Virus record (IMG/VR): IMGVR_UViG_3300002131_000106
DNA: 59,401 nucleotides
Reading direction: 5' to 3' (one strand)
Source of the DNA: an uncultured virus (IMG/VR IMGVR_UViG_3300002131_000106)
Taxonomy: Duplodnaviria > Heunggongvirae > Uroviricota > Caudoviricetes
Shown piece by piece: positions 9,187 through 18,848 of the stretch. The notes beneath the pieces were generated by a model that was given only the letters and a program-made list of their open reading frames with translations, searched no databases and was not told the origin of the DNA. Every line of letters begins with the position of its first letter. The stretch's first letter is position 1. A program made the position numbers and the translations under genes.

Positions 9187-9660
9187 ATGAAAATCACTGA
9201 AATATTTGGCCTTAGTCCTGACATTACTTTTAGCTCCGAAAATCTTTCCCCTGAAACGCTAGAAGCTTTAGAGAAAGAAAGCAATCGATTAGCAAATAGT
9301 ATATTTGGGGGAACATCTGCCAAGGCCTTATCTGGTCGAACCAGGTCTATGAGCGATATACAAAGAGATTCTTATAATGGCTTATTGGCTGAATATTATC
9401 TTCGCGAAGATCTTGGATGGAAGGATGATCAAGGCCGCTGGAAAGATGTTATTTCCCCAACCGGTCTAAAGGCCGAGATTAAAACATATAGCTCAGAAAG
9501 TCCAGGAACTAAGTATAATCATATTATTAACCTTGAAAATAGAAAAACAAAATATGACCATGTAATTATGTTTAAAAGAACAAATGGGGTTTATACCTAT
9601 GACTCCTACTGGACTTATAACTATGATGAAAAACAGTATAATCTTGAGGAACAACAATAA
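9187..9660 (+). CDS. hypothetical protein, possible PD-(D/E)XK nuclease
   Basis: GLLAE..WKDV..AEIKT (E..D..ExK arrangement). Confidence 0.45.
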   Translation: MKITEIFGLSPDITFSSENLSPETLEALEKESNRLANSIFGGTSAKALSGRTRSMSDIQRDSYNGLLAEYYLREDLGWKDDQGRWKDVISPTGLKAEIKTYSSESPGTKYNHIINLENRKTKYDHVIMFKRTNGVYTYDSYWTYNYDEKQYNLEEQQ

Positions 9661-10019
9661 TGAAAACACCAATGGAAGTGCTAAAAGCAGCTGCCGAGAT
9701 TCAGCAGAAAAAAAGCAATGACTATCAAAACCCAAATTCTAGAGTTAAGCAAGCCCAGTACTACCCACGTGGCTGTTCGACTATCTCTGATATTATGTTT
9801 GGCAAGCTTCTTAGAATCCAGTCTGTTCTAGAAGCTATGGAATCTGATTCCAAATACGAGCAGAACTTTGAATCATTAGAAGATTCTGCAATAGACCTAA
9901 TTAACTACGCTACTTTCTTTGTATCGTATCTTAATGGTGGTATTTCAGGTCAAGATCCTGATCGGGACTTTCTTAACAGAGTTAAAGAAAAGACAAGGAG
10001 TATTAATGTTGATGAGTAA
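9660..10019 (+). CDS. nucleotide-modification-associated domain (Nmad1/DUF1599-like) protein
   Basis: KKSNDY, KLLRI, ESLEDSAIDLINY all-alpha pattern. Confidence 0.7.
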   Translation: MKTPMEVLKAAAEIQQKKSNDYQNPNSRVKQAQYYPRGCSTISDIMFGKLLRIQSVLEAMESDSKYEQNFESLEDSAIDLINYATFFVSYLNGGISGQDPDRDFLNRVKEKTRSINVDE

Positions 10020-10761
10020 TCATTTCGAATCAGACAATCTAGAAGATGGGCTAAAAGCCCTTCGATCTAAGTTGCTGACTGATGGATATGAAATTAAAAC
10101 TGAAAGTTGGCAAGGTAAAGGCCCTGACGAATTTCCAGCCCACCTAGAACTGCTTCATGCAGATCTTATTGTACAAATGGCAGCCACGGCTCACGAGGCC
10201 TCAACACTGCTAAAAGCTGCTCAACCATGGGCAGATGTGCATCACGAAGAACGGGTAGGGGGTTTACCTTTAAACCCACCGCCTTCGCACACAATGTGGC
10301 TTCGTGATACAGAAAAGTACTTAAGCAAAGATCAACAAGCATTTTCTCATTCATATCCAGAAAGAATGTGGTGCGATACCACGACCGATGGAATTCGCTT
10401 CAAGTGGGGTAACCTTCAAACGGCAGTTGAATTACTTAAGAAAGAACCTAATACTAGACAGTGTTATGTTCCTATGTGGTTCCCTGAAGATTCTACTGCT
10501 GCTCTAGCAGGCGAACGCGTACCTTGCACCTTTGGATGGCATTTTATGTTAAGGGATGGAAAACTCCATTGCTCATATCATATGCGATCCTGTGATGTAT
10601 GCAGACATTTGCATAATGATCTTTATTTTGCAAACCGATTAGTTTTGTGGATGATCGAGCAATCCGGCATAGATGCTGTACCAGGCACTTTGCACTTCTC
10701 CGCTACTTCCTTACATTGTTTTGTAGTTGATAGATACGTTCTTAAAAATATGGTGAAATAA
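10006..10761 (+). CDS. divergent thymidylate synthase-fold enzyme, dCMP-type specificity residue
   Basis: TRQ, catalytic VPC, YHMRSCD..HND, GTLHF...SLHCF; AAGGAG RBS before ATG 10006. Confidence 0.8.
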   Translation: MLMSNHFESDNLEDGLKALRSKLLTDGYEIKTESWQGKGPDEFPAHLELLHADLIVQMAATAHEASTLLKAAQPWADVHHEERVGGLPLNPPPSHTMWLRDTEKYLSKDQQAFSHSYPERMWCDTTTDGIRFKWGNLQTAVELLKKEPNTRQCYVPMWFPEDSTAALAGERVPCTFGWHFMLRDGKLHCSYHMRSCDVCRHLHNDLYFANRLVLWMIEQSGIDAVPGTLHFSATSLHCFVVDRYVLKNMVK

Positions 10762-10762
10762 T

Positions 10763-12076
10763 ATGTGTGGTTTTATAGCTGGAAGCGACCTACATCAGAC
10801 AACTAGTCTTTCTGATGTTATAGAAAAAATCTCTTATCGGGGATTACCAGGACTTAAGGGCTTTGAAGAGTATGGTCGGCACCAGCTGGCACATTACAGT
10901 TTGCCCTTTGTTAACCTGAATCCAAGGGTTGCTATTCAGCCTATGCACGTTAATAGTATACCTTCATTATTTGTTGGGGAAATCTTTAATTATAATGAAA
11001 TCTCTGATACTAAATATGATACGGACTCTAGAGCAATACACACCGAATACCTAAATCATGGTCTTGATGTGTTTCATAAGTTCGATGGTTTTTGGTCATT
11101 CGTTACTATTAAGGATGATAGCTTATTTGCCGTAACTGATTATTTGGCCCAAAAGCCAATATATTATAGAACAGACTGCGAGGTTTTAGCGTCTGAGATT
11201 GATGTGCTTTTGACATTTGGTAAAAACACTAGGAACCAGTTATTTCATTCGAATGTAATGAAGTGGGGCTATGATCCTACTGGTAATACACCTTGGAATG
11301 AAATTAAACAGGTTCCTCCTGGACATTACTATCACAAGGGTGCAGTTATTCCTTACTGGGATTGGTCTAAAGTGAAAAAGACAAATCTTAGGGATGACCT
11401 TAAAAAAGCCACTAGTCTGCGATTAGGGGGTCAAAGAAAACTGTCTATTCTTCTTTCTGGGGGTCTGGATTCTACCATTATATACGGACTAATCAAAGAG
11501 CTAGGTCGTGAGGTTACCGCTATACACGTAGAAAATCACGAGCATAGTTATGCCCATATGGTGTGTGAAAGTCTCGTACAGGTGGAATTAGGAGGTGTTA
11601 CGGATGAAGAAGCGGTCCTTATACACCAAACCCCTGTAGATCTAGGATCTGTTAAACCCCAAATAGCTATGGCTCGCAAGCTCAGAGAATTAGGCTTTCA
11701 TACTGTTCTTACCGGCGATGGTGCTGATGAGTTATTTGGCGGATATCGCAGAGCAGAAGATTATGATAGCCAGTATTCGGATGTCTTCTGCGAACTGCCT
11801 TATTACCATCTTCCTAGACTAGATCGTACTATGATGCACGAAACTATAGAACTTCGTTCCCCATTTTTAGCCCCCTCGATTGTAGCTCATGCTTTAGACG
11901 TGCCCTATGATCTAAGGAATGGCGAAAAAAAGGTCTTGAAAGATACATTTAAAGATATAGTTCCTAAAGAAATATTGGATAGACCTAAGCATGCACTTAA
12001 AACGGATGCTATTAGGTTATACCCTATTCAGCAGCGTGCTATTAATCAAACTATATGGGATAAGTTATATGGGTAA
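10763..12076 (+). CDS. asparagine synthetase B-like glutamine amidotransferase
   Basis: MCGF Ntn Cys, GEIFNY, PP-loop LLSGGLDS, LTGDGADELFGGY, ELRSPFL. Confidence 0.9.
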   Translation: MCGFIAGSDLHQTTSLSDVIEKISYRGLPGLKGFEEYGRHQLAHYSLPFVNLNPRVAIQPMHVNSIPSLFVGEIFNYNEISDTKYDTDSRAIHTEYLNHGLDVFHKFDGFWSFVTIKDDSLFAVTDYLAQKPIYYRTDCEVLASEIDVLLTFGKNTRNQLFHSNVMKWGYDPTGNTPWNEIKQVPPGHYYHKGAVIPYWDWSKVKKTNLRDDLKKATSLRLGGQRKLSILLSGGLDSTIIYGLIKELGREVTAIHVENHEHSYAHMVCESLVQVELGGVTDEEAVLIHQTPVDLGSVKPQIAMARKLRELGFHTVLTGDGADELFGGYRRAEDYDSQYSDVFCELPYYHLPRLDRTMMHETIELRSPFLAPSIVAHALDVPYDLRNGEKKVLKDTFKDIVPKEILDRPKHALKTDAIRLYPIQQRAINQTIWDKLYG

Positions 12077-12506
12077 TAATTGGAATAATAAGTATATGGA
12101 TCTAGCAAAGACCGTATCTAAATGGTCTAAAGACCCATCTGCTAAGATTGGTTCTGTTGCTATTAGCAGTTCAGGACAGGTATTAGCCCAAGGTTATAAT
12201 GGTTTCCCTAGAGGGATCAATGATAGCGAGACCCGCTATAATGACCGAGAGGTTAAGTATTCCTATGTAGTACATGCTGAAATGAATACGATCTATAACG
12301 CATGTATGAATGGTGTTAGCTTGTCTGACTCTACTTTTTATGTTCATGGCTTGCCAGTCTGCAATGAATGCGCTAAGGGTATTATTCAGGTAGGAACAAA
12401 AAAAGTAGTTATGAGTGGGGATATGGATAATCCTCGATGGGTTGAATCATGCAAAAAAGCGTGTGATCTATTTGATGAAGCCGGGGTTAAATGGGAGTTT
12501 ATTTAG
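12069..12506 (+). CDS. cd: dCMP deaminase
   Basis: WSKDP, GYNGFPRG, HAE and PVCNEC zinc motifs. Confidence 0.92.
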   Translation: MGNNWNNKYMDLAKTVSKWSKDPSAKIGSVAISSSGQVLAQGYNGFPRGINDSETRYNDREVKYSYVVHAEMNTIYNACMNGVSLSDSTFYVHGLPVCNECAKGIIQVGTKKVVMSGDMDNPRWVESCKKACDLFDEAGVKWEFI

Positions 12507-12510
12507 CTTC

Positions 12511-12544
12511 GGGGGTTTACAATAAGCCCAAAGTGTGGTATAAT
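12511..12544 (+). promoter_or_regulatory. early promoter
   Basis: GGGGG TTTACA N17 TATAAT. Confidence 0.8.
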
Positions 12545-12575
12545 ATACAATCAAACAAAAAAAGAGAGACATTAT

Positions 12576-12809
12576 ATGTTTAAAGAAGATAGGCAAAAAC
12601 CCAATCGGAATAGCAAAGAAATTCCCTTTGATGTTCTTTTGCGAAGATTTAAGAAAGAAGTTGATAGGTCTGGTGTTTTGCAAGACCTTCGAAAAAAGGA
12701 ATACTATGAGAAGCCTACCTGGAAGCGCAAGCGCGAAAAGGCGGAGGCAGTATCTCGCTGGAAAACTAAAGAGCGTTCCTTAAATATGAAACCCAAAAGG
12801 TTGTACTAA
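12576..12809 (+). CDS. rpsU: 30S ribosomal protein bS21
   Basis: [29 protein letters not shown]. Confidence 0.88.
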   Translation: MFKEDRQKPNRNSKEIPFDVLLRRFKKEVDRSGVLQDLRKKEYYEKPTWKRKREKAEAVSRWKTKERSLNMKPKRLY

Positions 12810-12810
12810 T

Positions 12811-13872
12811 ATGTCCTCTATAATGGATAAACTCAAAAAGAACTCTAAGATTAAAACAACAGATATCCTTTCTGATTCAATCTTTTTTACCAACGAGTTT
12901 GTAAAAACAGAAGTCCCTATGATTAATGTTGCTCTTTCGGGCGATATTGACGGTGGCTTAACATCAGGGCTTACAGTGTTAGCCGGTCCTTCAAAGCATT
13001 TTAAAACCTCATTTGCTTTGTTAATGGCTGGTGCATACATGAAAGAACATAAAGATTCTATGATGTTATTTTATGATTCCGAGTTTGGCTCACCCCAGTC
13101 CTATTTCCAACAGTTTGGAATTGATACTGCACGGGTTTTGCATACCCCAGTTATGAACATTGAAGAACTAAAATTCGATATTGTTAATCAGCTAGAGGCT
13201 ATTGACCGGAAAGATAAAGTTATCATTGTCATAGATTCTATCGGTAATATTGCTTCTAAGAAAGAATTAGACGATGCTATGAACGAAAAAGCTGTTGCTG
13301 ATATGTCACGAGCCAAAGCGTTGAAAGGTCTTTTCCGTATGGTAACCCCATATCTAACAATGAAAGACATTCCCCTTCTTGCTATTAACCATACATATCA
13401 GGAAATGGGTTTATTCCCTAAAGCCATTGTGTCAGGCGGAACCGGCATCTACTATTCAGCAGATAACATCTGGATCATTGGACGGCAACAGAATAAGCAA
13501 GGAACAGAAATTAAGGGGTATAATTTTGTCATTAACGTTGAAAAGTCTCGATCAGTTAAAGAAAAATCCAAGATTCCTATTGGGGTTACTTGGGAGGGTG
13601 GTATTGCTACCTATAGCGGCTTGCTTGATATTGCTCTTGCTGGGGGTTACGTTGCTAAGCCTTCCAATGGTTGGTATTGTCTGGTTGATAGAGAAACTGG
13701 AGAAATGATGGAACCAAAAGTAAGAGAAAAAGATACGATGGAAAAAGCATTTTGGACACCGGTGTTTAATGGTACCGACTTTAAAGCCTTCGTTAAGTCT
13801 TACTATCAGATTGGTCATAAGCCTTTATTGGATATAAACCTTGATATTCAGCAGGATGTGTCGGGTGTATAA
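12811..13872 (+). CDS. uvsX: RecA-like recombinase UvsX
   Basis: LAGPSKHFKT, FYDSEFG, IDSIGN, SGGTG. Confidence 0.95.
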   Translation: MSSIMDKLKKNSKIKTTDILSDSIFFTNEFVKTEVPMINVALSGDIDGGLTSGLTVLAGPSKHFKTSFALLMAGAYMKEHKDSMMLFYDSEFGSPQSYFQQFGIDTARVLHTPVMNIEELKFDIVNQLEAIDRKDKVIIVIDSIGNIASKKELDDAMNEKAVADMSRAKALKGLFRMVTPYLTMKDIPLLAINHTYQEMGLFPKAIVSGGTGIYYSADNIWIIGRQQNKQGTEIKGYNFVINVEKSRSVKEKSKIPIGVTWEGGIATYSGLLDIALAGGYVAKPSNGWYCLVDRETGEMMEPKVREKDTMEKAFWTPVFNGTDFKAFVKSYYQIGHKPLLDINLDIQQDVSGV

Positions 13873-14194
13873 TAACATAAAAGATAGTCATTACTCTTTT
13901 CTAGAAAACGCTTCTTCTGATTGGTATGCTATTAAATTAAATGACAAATGGAAGGGGGTAACAGTAGTATATGGGACAGTGTCCATTAAAGAATCCCCCG
14001 AACTGGATTCTGCCACTCTCACCTTTAACTATAATATCCAAGATCCAGGAGAATATAATCATGATGAGTTAAGAGAAGATGAGGGATTCAATAACTATTT
14101 GGGTGCAATTCTACAGTATATTATTTCAGAATCTTTATATAATAATGAGGCGTCAATTGGAACAATCAAATCAGATCCAAACCCATATAATTAA
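13865..14194 (+). CDS. hypothetical protein at the T4 gp40 position
   Basis: GTG start; lies between uvsX and gp41 as gp40 does in T4. Confidence 0.5.
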   Translation: MYNNIKDSHYSFLENASSDWYAIKLNDKWKGVTVVYGTVSIKESPELDSATLTFNYNIQDPGEYNHDELREDEGFNNYLGAILQYIISESLYNNEASIGTIKSDPNPYN

Positions 14195-15548
14195 TCACCT
14201 TTTAAATGATGAAAGTTATTGCCGAAGGGTAATACCTTTTTTGCAAAAAGAGTACTTCGAGGGAGCGCATGGTGTAGTATTCGATCTTATTATTAAGTTC
14301 GTTGCAGCACATAATAAACTCCCTACAGCTCAGGTCTTATCCCTTGAGCTGCGTAAGGTCTCGGCGCCGGATGATCTTTTGATGAGTTCATCAGCTTTGA
14401 TATCAGAAATAGCAGCCAAGTCAGATATTGACACAGACTATCTCATTATTGAGTCAGAGAAGTGGTGCCGGGACAGAGCGATTTATATTGCTATTATGGA
14501 ATCCATTAGTATTATAGATGGTAGAGGAAAAGACCAAACGGAAGGAGCTATACCAGGGATACTATCAAAGGCCCTCGGCGTTTCCTTCGATCAGGCTATC
14601 GGTCATGACTATATTAATAACTCTGATGATCGATTTGAGTTTTATAATAGAACAGAAGAAAGAATACCATTTGATCTGGATTACTTTAATAAAATCACAA
14701 AAGGCGGATTACCCAATAAAACCTTAAACGTTGCCCTAGCAGGTACCGGCGTTGGTAAGTCTCTCTTTATGTGTCACTGCGCTGCTGGCGCTATGGAGCA
14801 GGGTAAAAACGTTCTCTATATTACTATGGAAATGGCAGAAGAACGAATAGCAGAAAGAATAGATGCTAACCTAATGGATATTCCCATTGACCAATTAGAA
14901 AACTTGCCAAAGAATGTGTTTGATAGTAAAATTGCTAAAATTGCTAAAAGTCATTTGGGTAAACTAATTATTAAGGAATATCCAACAGGTGCTGCTCATA
15001 CGGGCCATTTTAGAGCTTTGCTAAATGAACTTAAACTAAAAAAGAACTTTGTCCCTCAGATGATTTACATTGACTATCTGAATATCTGCTCATCATCCCG
15101 TATGAAAGCCATGGGCGGATCGATAAATTCATATACATATATTAAAGCAATCGCAGAGGAAATCCGGGGTCTTGCAGTAGAGTTTAATGTACCCATCATG
15201 ACTGCTACCCAGACTACTCGAAGCGGATTTGGTAATAGCGACGTAGGTCTTGAAGATACCTCTGAATCTTTTGGACTGCCGGCAACAGCAGACCTTATGT
15301 TTGCCTTGATATCTAATGAAGAGTTAGAAGAAGCTAATCAAATCATGGTTAAGCAGCTTAAGAATCGATATAATGATCCTGTCAAGCATAAAAGATTTGT
15401 TATTGGGATAGATCGATCAAGAATGAAATTATATGATGTTGAAGAATCCGCACAAAGCGATATTATGTCAGATATGACAATCCCGGACAAACCCATAGCA
15501 ACATGGGGTAATAACGAGAAGAAAGATTTCTCAAACTTTAAAGCATAA
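14145..15548 (+). CDS. gp41: replicative helicase (T4 gp41-like, DnaB family)
   Basis: LAGTGVGKS, YITMEM, IDYLNI, ATQTTR, SESFGLPATAD, KNRY. Confidence 0.96.
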   Translation: MRRQLEQSNQIQTHIINHLLNDESYCRRVIPFLQKEYFEGAHGVVFDLIIKFVAAHNKLPTAQVLSLELRKVSAPDDLLMSSSALISEIAAKSDIDTDYLIIESEKWCRDRAIYIAIMESISIIDGRGKDQTEGAIPGILSKALGVSFDQAIGHDYINNSDDRFEFYNRTEERIPFDLDYFNKITKGGLPNKTLNVALAGTGVGKSLFMCHCAAGAMEQGKNVLYITMEMAEERIAERIDANLMDIPIDQLENLPKNVFDSKIAKIAKSHLGKLIIKEYPTGAAHTGHFRALLNELKLKKNFVPQMIYIDYLNICSSSRMKAMGGSINSYTYIKAIAEEIRGLAVEFNVPIMTATQTTRSGFGNSDVGLEDTSESFGLPATADLMFALISNEELEEANQIMVKQLKNRYNDPVKHKRFVIGIDRSRMKLYDVEESAQSDIMSDMTIPDKPIATWGNNEKKDFSNFKA

Positions 15549-15561
15549 AAAGGAATAAAAT

Positions 15562-15723
15562 ATGAACTGGTTAAAATCAAGAATGTTAGAAAGAACTTCA
15601 TTGGACGGTATTACTATTATAGTATTGTGTGTATCCATCATACTTTTCGGAGGTATTGCCAAAATGCTAGCTTGGGCAGGTTTACTCTACGGCGCAGCAG
15701 CTTTCGTAATTAAGGAGAAGTAA
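15562..15723 (+). CDS. small two-TM membrane protein (53 aa)
   Basis: AAGGA RBS; MNWLKSRMLERTSLDG followed by two hydrophobic segments. Confidence 0.65.
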   Translation: MNWLKSRMLERTSLDGITIIVLCVSIILFGGIAKMLAWAGLLYGAAAFVIKEK

Positions 15724-15724
15724 A

Positions 15725-16396
15725 TTGAAAGTAAAGCTTATATCTTATTCTCAGCTACCTCCGGGTGTTGAGTCTGATATCGTAGATAATGACCTATTAC
15801 AACTGGTAGCTTACTGTGCTAGGGTATCAAACCCTTCCAATCAGAATAACCCAGATACTTCTGAAAAGCTAGTTAAATACCTTATGAAACACAAGCATTG
15901 GTCCCCCCTAGAAATGGTTTCTGTTTGTTTGGAGGTCGAGACAACAAGAGATATAGCAAGACAGTTCCTTCGCCATAGGTCGTTCTCATTTCAGGAGTTT
16001 AGCCAGAGATACGCAGACCCAGTTAAAGATCTGAATTTCGAGCTTCGTGATGCAAGACTGCAAGATCCCAAAAACCGCCAAAATAGTATTCCTCTTGATA
16101 TGAGTGATGAATATGAAGGGGGATTACAGGATCGCTGGTATCAAAGGCAGCAAAGGGTGATTGATGAATCTCTGATGGCTTATAAATGGGCAATTGATAA
16201 TGGTATTGCTAAAGAACAAGCTAGGGCTGTACTTCCAGAAGGCAATACTATGTCTAGATTGTATGCCAATGGTACGCTCCGCAGTTGGATACATTATATG
16301 GATCTTAGAGGAGCTAACGGTACACAGTCTGAGCATATAGAAATTGCTAAGGCTTGTGCTAAAGTAATATATGAGATTTTTCCATTAGAAGTATAA
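15725..16396 (+). CDS. thyX: flavin-dependent thymidylate synthase
   Basis: RHRSFSFQEFSQRY signature, HWSPLE, EQARAVLP; TTG start. Confidence 0.95.
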   Translation: MKVKLISYSQLPPGVESDIVDNDLLQLVAYCARVSNPSNQNNPDTSEKLVKYLMKHKHWSPLEMVSVCLEVETTRDIARQFLRHRSFSFQEFSQRYADPVKDLNFELRDARLQDPKNRQNSIPLDMSDEYEGGLQDRWYQRQQRVIDESLMAYKWAIDNGIAKEQARAVLPEGNTMSRLYANGTLRSWIHYMDLRGANGTQSEHIEIAKACAKVIYEIFPLEV

Positions 16397-16400
16397 CATA

Positions 16401-16466
16401 TATAACTAAATGTCATAGGTTATTTTCAGTTTAGGGGTTCTCACGGGGGCTATTATATGGTACAAT
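16401..16466 (+). promoter_or_regulatory. promoter with upstream TCATAGGTTATTTTCA box
   Basis: box 16401-16428; GGGG TTCTCA N17 TACAAT. Confidence 0.7.
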
Positions 16467-16496
16467 AGTCCTATATTAAACAAAAAGGGTAACATC

Positions 16497-16823
16497 ATGA
16501 TTAAGGTCTATCAAATGAATTTAGTCAAAGAAAGTGAATCCGAAGACTACGAGAATAACCTCGAGGCATTTCGTGGAAGGTATGATGGATCAAAATCATT
16601 TAACCCTTCCTTGTTTAAGTATTACTCTTGCAAAGCCCATCTTAATACAGATGATCTTGACGAGGCTTTTGTTCTTATGAACCGTTGGTCAGATTCTGAC
16701 CGTTTAAAGATTGATCTTCTTTCGGATCGTGTAGCCAGTCTATCGGTTGGAGACATATTAGAAAGCGAATTAGGCACCATGTATATGGTAGACCCAATGG
16801 GTTTTCAGGAGGTAAGAGTATGA
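16497..16823 (+). CDS. hypothetical protein, YodL-like
   Basis: VYQ..LDEAF..N..SLSVGDI..YMVD..GF pattern. Confidence 0.55.
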   Translation: MIKVYQMNLVKESESEDYENNLEAFRGRYDGSKSFNPSLFKYYSCKAHLNTDDLDEAFVLMNRWSDSDRLKIDLLSDRVASLSVGDILESELGTMYMVDPMGFQEVRV

Positions 16824-17332
16824 TAAAGCTATTGAACTACATTGTGCACATCTTAATGTGTATAACAGGCCAATATGTAATCCAAGACAAGAAAGCCCTT
16901 AGGGATAACCCTGATTATGATTATTATGGGAATAAAATAGAGGAACCCGAAAAAAATGCTTGAATTTTTTAGAAAAAAAGAGCCCATTGTGCTATTCGTA
17001 CTTAGCGGGTTTTTCCTAACATTAGGTGTAACCCCCGTTGAGATGGGATTAGGCATAGTTCTTATGGTTCATGCCATATGGAGTATGATAGAAGATGTCA
17101 ATGAATAATGATAAAAATGAAAGGGCAATTGCTAGTTTAACAAAAGCCATGAAACGTGCGCAAAATCCGGAATTTAAACAGCTTTGGGCTAATAAGATCC
17201 GAGAGCTTTTAAGCAAGGAGAAGAAGATTGAAGATCAAAATTGAGCTAGAGGTGGATACATCCCATCCTGAAGATAAAGATATACTAGAAGAGCTTATTG
17301 AATTACTAGAGAAATATAAAGGTAATTCCTAA
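16820..17332 (+). other. run of four very small overlapping ORFs (16820-16963, 16956-17108, 17101-17244, 17228-17332)
   Basis: read by eye; overlapping start/stop codons, some with RBS. Confidence 0.5.
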
Positions 17333-17355
17333 AAATCACATTTTATATAACATAA

Positions 17356-17411
17356 TATTCTAAAAAAAAGTAAAAAAGGGGGTTCACAGACCTCCTTTTA
17401 TACGGTATAAT
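17356..17411 (+). promoter_or_regulatory. promoter with upstream TATTCYAAAA box
   Basis: GGGGG TTCACA N17 TATAAT. Confidence 0.7.
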
Positions 17412-17446
17412 ACTCCCATACTAAACAACATTGGATAAACTATATT

Positions 17447-17815
17447 ATGAATACCTTACTTGATCAAACCGTGTTAATTTGTGAAAATATGAAAAAAAGC
17501 CTTGACTCTTGGTGCGATAGGTCTAACGTTAATCTCCCATCCTATAATGAAGCAAAATACTACCCAGAAGAAGGGAGTGTTTATATTAAAATAATTAAAA
17601 GCGTATTTGAATATGGGAAAGAAAGAAAATCAGTATGTGGCTTTGTGGTTAAGAAATCCCCCAAAAACGCTATCGATAACAAAACCAAAAGCCCATTCAA
17701 TATTGGCGATATGCTAATGGCTAAGTCCTATACTGCTCCTGCTACAAACTTTGCTCGTGGTAACGCCTTTAAGGTTACCCCTGACACTAAAATCGATTGG
17801 ACTGGAATAATGTAA
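17447..17815 (+). CDS. hypothetical early protein
   Basis: 122-aa ORF after promoter; YIKI..VCGFV..GDMLMA....PA.N.ARGN. Confidence 0.75.
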   Translation: MNTLLDQTVLICENMKKSLDSWCDRSNVNLPSYNEAKYYPEEGSVYIKIIKSVFEYGKERKSVCGFVVKKSPKNAIDNKTKSPFNIGDMLMAKSYTAPATNFARGNAFKVTPDTKIDWTGIM

Positions 17816-17994
17816 TGATAGACTTTAAAAAACTTATTGAAGAAGCCACTACCCCAGGAAGTCTGCTCAGCGAAGCATACTTCCGGGATATGGTGGGTGC
17901 ACCTACAATCGAAGAGTCCCAACATTGTATTTGTGGCGAGCCTCTAGATTCTTCACACCAATCTTGTTACGATCACATGGCTAATGGGTACTAA
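17815..17994 (+). CDS. hypothetical protein with Cys/His motif
   Basis: CICG..CYDHM. Confidence 0.55.
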   Translation: MIDFKKLIEEATTPGSLLSEAYFRDMVGAPTIEESQHCICGEPLDSSHQSCYDHMANGY

Positions 17995-17995
17995 T

Positions 17996-18205
17996 ATGGG
18001 TTTTAGAGCTTTTAAAGAAATTACTAAGTGGGATAGTCCTACTATGCCAAATCATACCTACATCTTTAATGAAAAGGGTGAGTGCATCGGGTATAAAAAG
18101 TCTGGAGGCGGGTATACTCAATTTAAAAGCCCATCCAAGCAATTTTCAAAGTCTCGCAGAAAGTTCATAGAGCTAAAACCTGCTGAAAAGTATATGGTTG
18201 CCTAA
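17996..18205 (+). CDS. hypothetical protein
   Basis: KEITKW..PNHTY..FSKSRRKF. Confidence 0.65.
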   Translation: MGFRAFKEITKWDSPTMPNHTYIFNEKGECIGYKKSGGGYTQFKSPSKQFSKSRRKFIELKPAEKYMVA

Positions 18206-18388
18206 GTGTCTAAGACTAGAAATTATGTTGCTAAAAACATTAACAAGTTTAATAAGCCTGTTACCCATGTTGATAAGAAAAAAGAAGTTAAAATAAAAGG
18301 TCCTGATATCTTGCTTGACGAGCTAGAAATAGGATATAAAAACAAAATAGTGAATTTAACATACACAGAGGAAAATACAAATGACTAA
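18206..18388 (+). CDS. hypothetical protein
   Basis: GTG start; RNYVAK..FNKP.THVDKK. Confidence 0.55.
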   Translation: MSKTRNYVAKNINKFNKPVTHVDKKKEVKIKGPDILLDELEIGYKNKIVNLTYTEENTND

Positions 18389-18641
18389 TATTATTATACC
18401 CAGCAGTCCTGAAGATAGAAAAAAGATCCAAGAGTGTATGGTTGAGATTAGTAATTCTATGTCACGCAGCGAAGGTGAGAAATGCTTTATTAAAGAAGCG
18501 ATTGCGGCTTTAGAAGATGAGGTTGGCATCCCTAAAAAGATCCTTCGTAAAATGGCCACAGCTTACCATAAACAAAATATTACAGAAATGGTTACAGATA
18601 TTGAAGATGTTGAGGCCTTGCTAGAAGCTACCAAATTATAA
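18381..18641 (+). CDS. dsbA: dsDNA-binding protein, T4 DsbA-like
   Basis: EISNSM..IKEA..IPKK.LRKMA..YHKQN. Confidence 0.75.
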   Translation: MTNIIIPSSPEDRKKIQECMVEISNSMSRSEGEKCFIKEAIAALEDEVGIPKKILRKMATAYHKQNITEMVTDIEDVEALLEATKL

Positions 18642-18817
18642 TGTACATTTATTATGCTATAACTGTGGTACTAATAATAGGTTCTGCATATACCTCTTAT
18701 CGTATTGGGGTTAGAGAAGGCGCAGGCTCAATGCTTAATTATCTGCAGGCTAATAAAGTAATCAACATTGACAAGAATGATAACATCACTGCCAATTGTG
18801 ACTTTAAAAACGTATAA
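18641..18817 (+). CDS. small membrane-anchored protein (58 aa)
   Basis: N-terminal hydrophobic helix; read by eye. Confidence 0.5.
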   Translation: MYIYYAITVVLIIGSAYTSYRIGVREGAGSMLNYLQANKVINIDKNDNITANCDFKNV

Positions 18818-18820
18818 ATA
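18813..18820 (+). promoter_or_regulatory. late promoter TATAAATA
   Basis: exact consensus upstream of the 18849 cluster. Confidence 0.75.
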
Positions 18821-18848
18821 GTATGATCTATAAGAGGAATCTTTTTAT

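Noticed and set aside
10006..10761. Annotation as ordinary thymidylate synthase thyA
   Set aside because: Asp at the Asn177-equivalent position, divergent N-terminal half, and ThyX is already present
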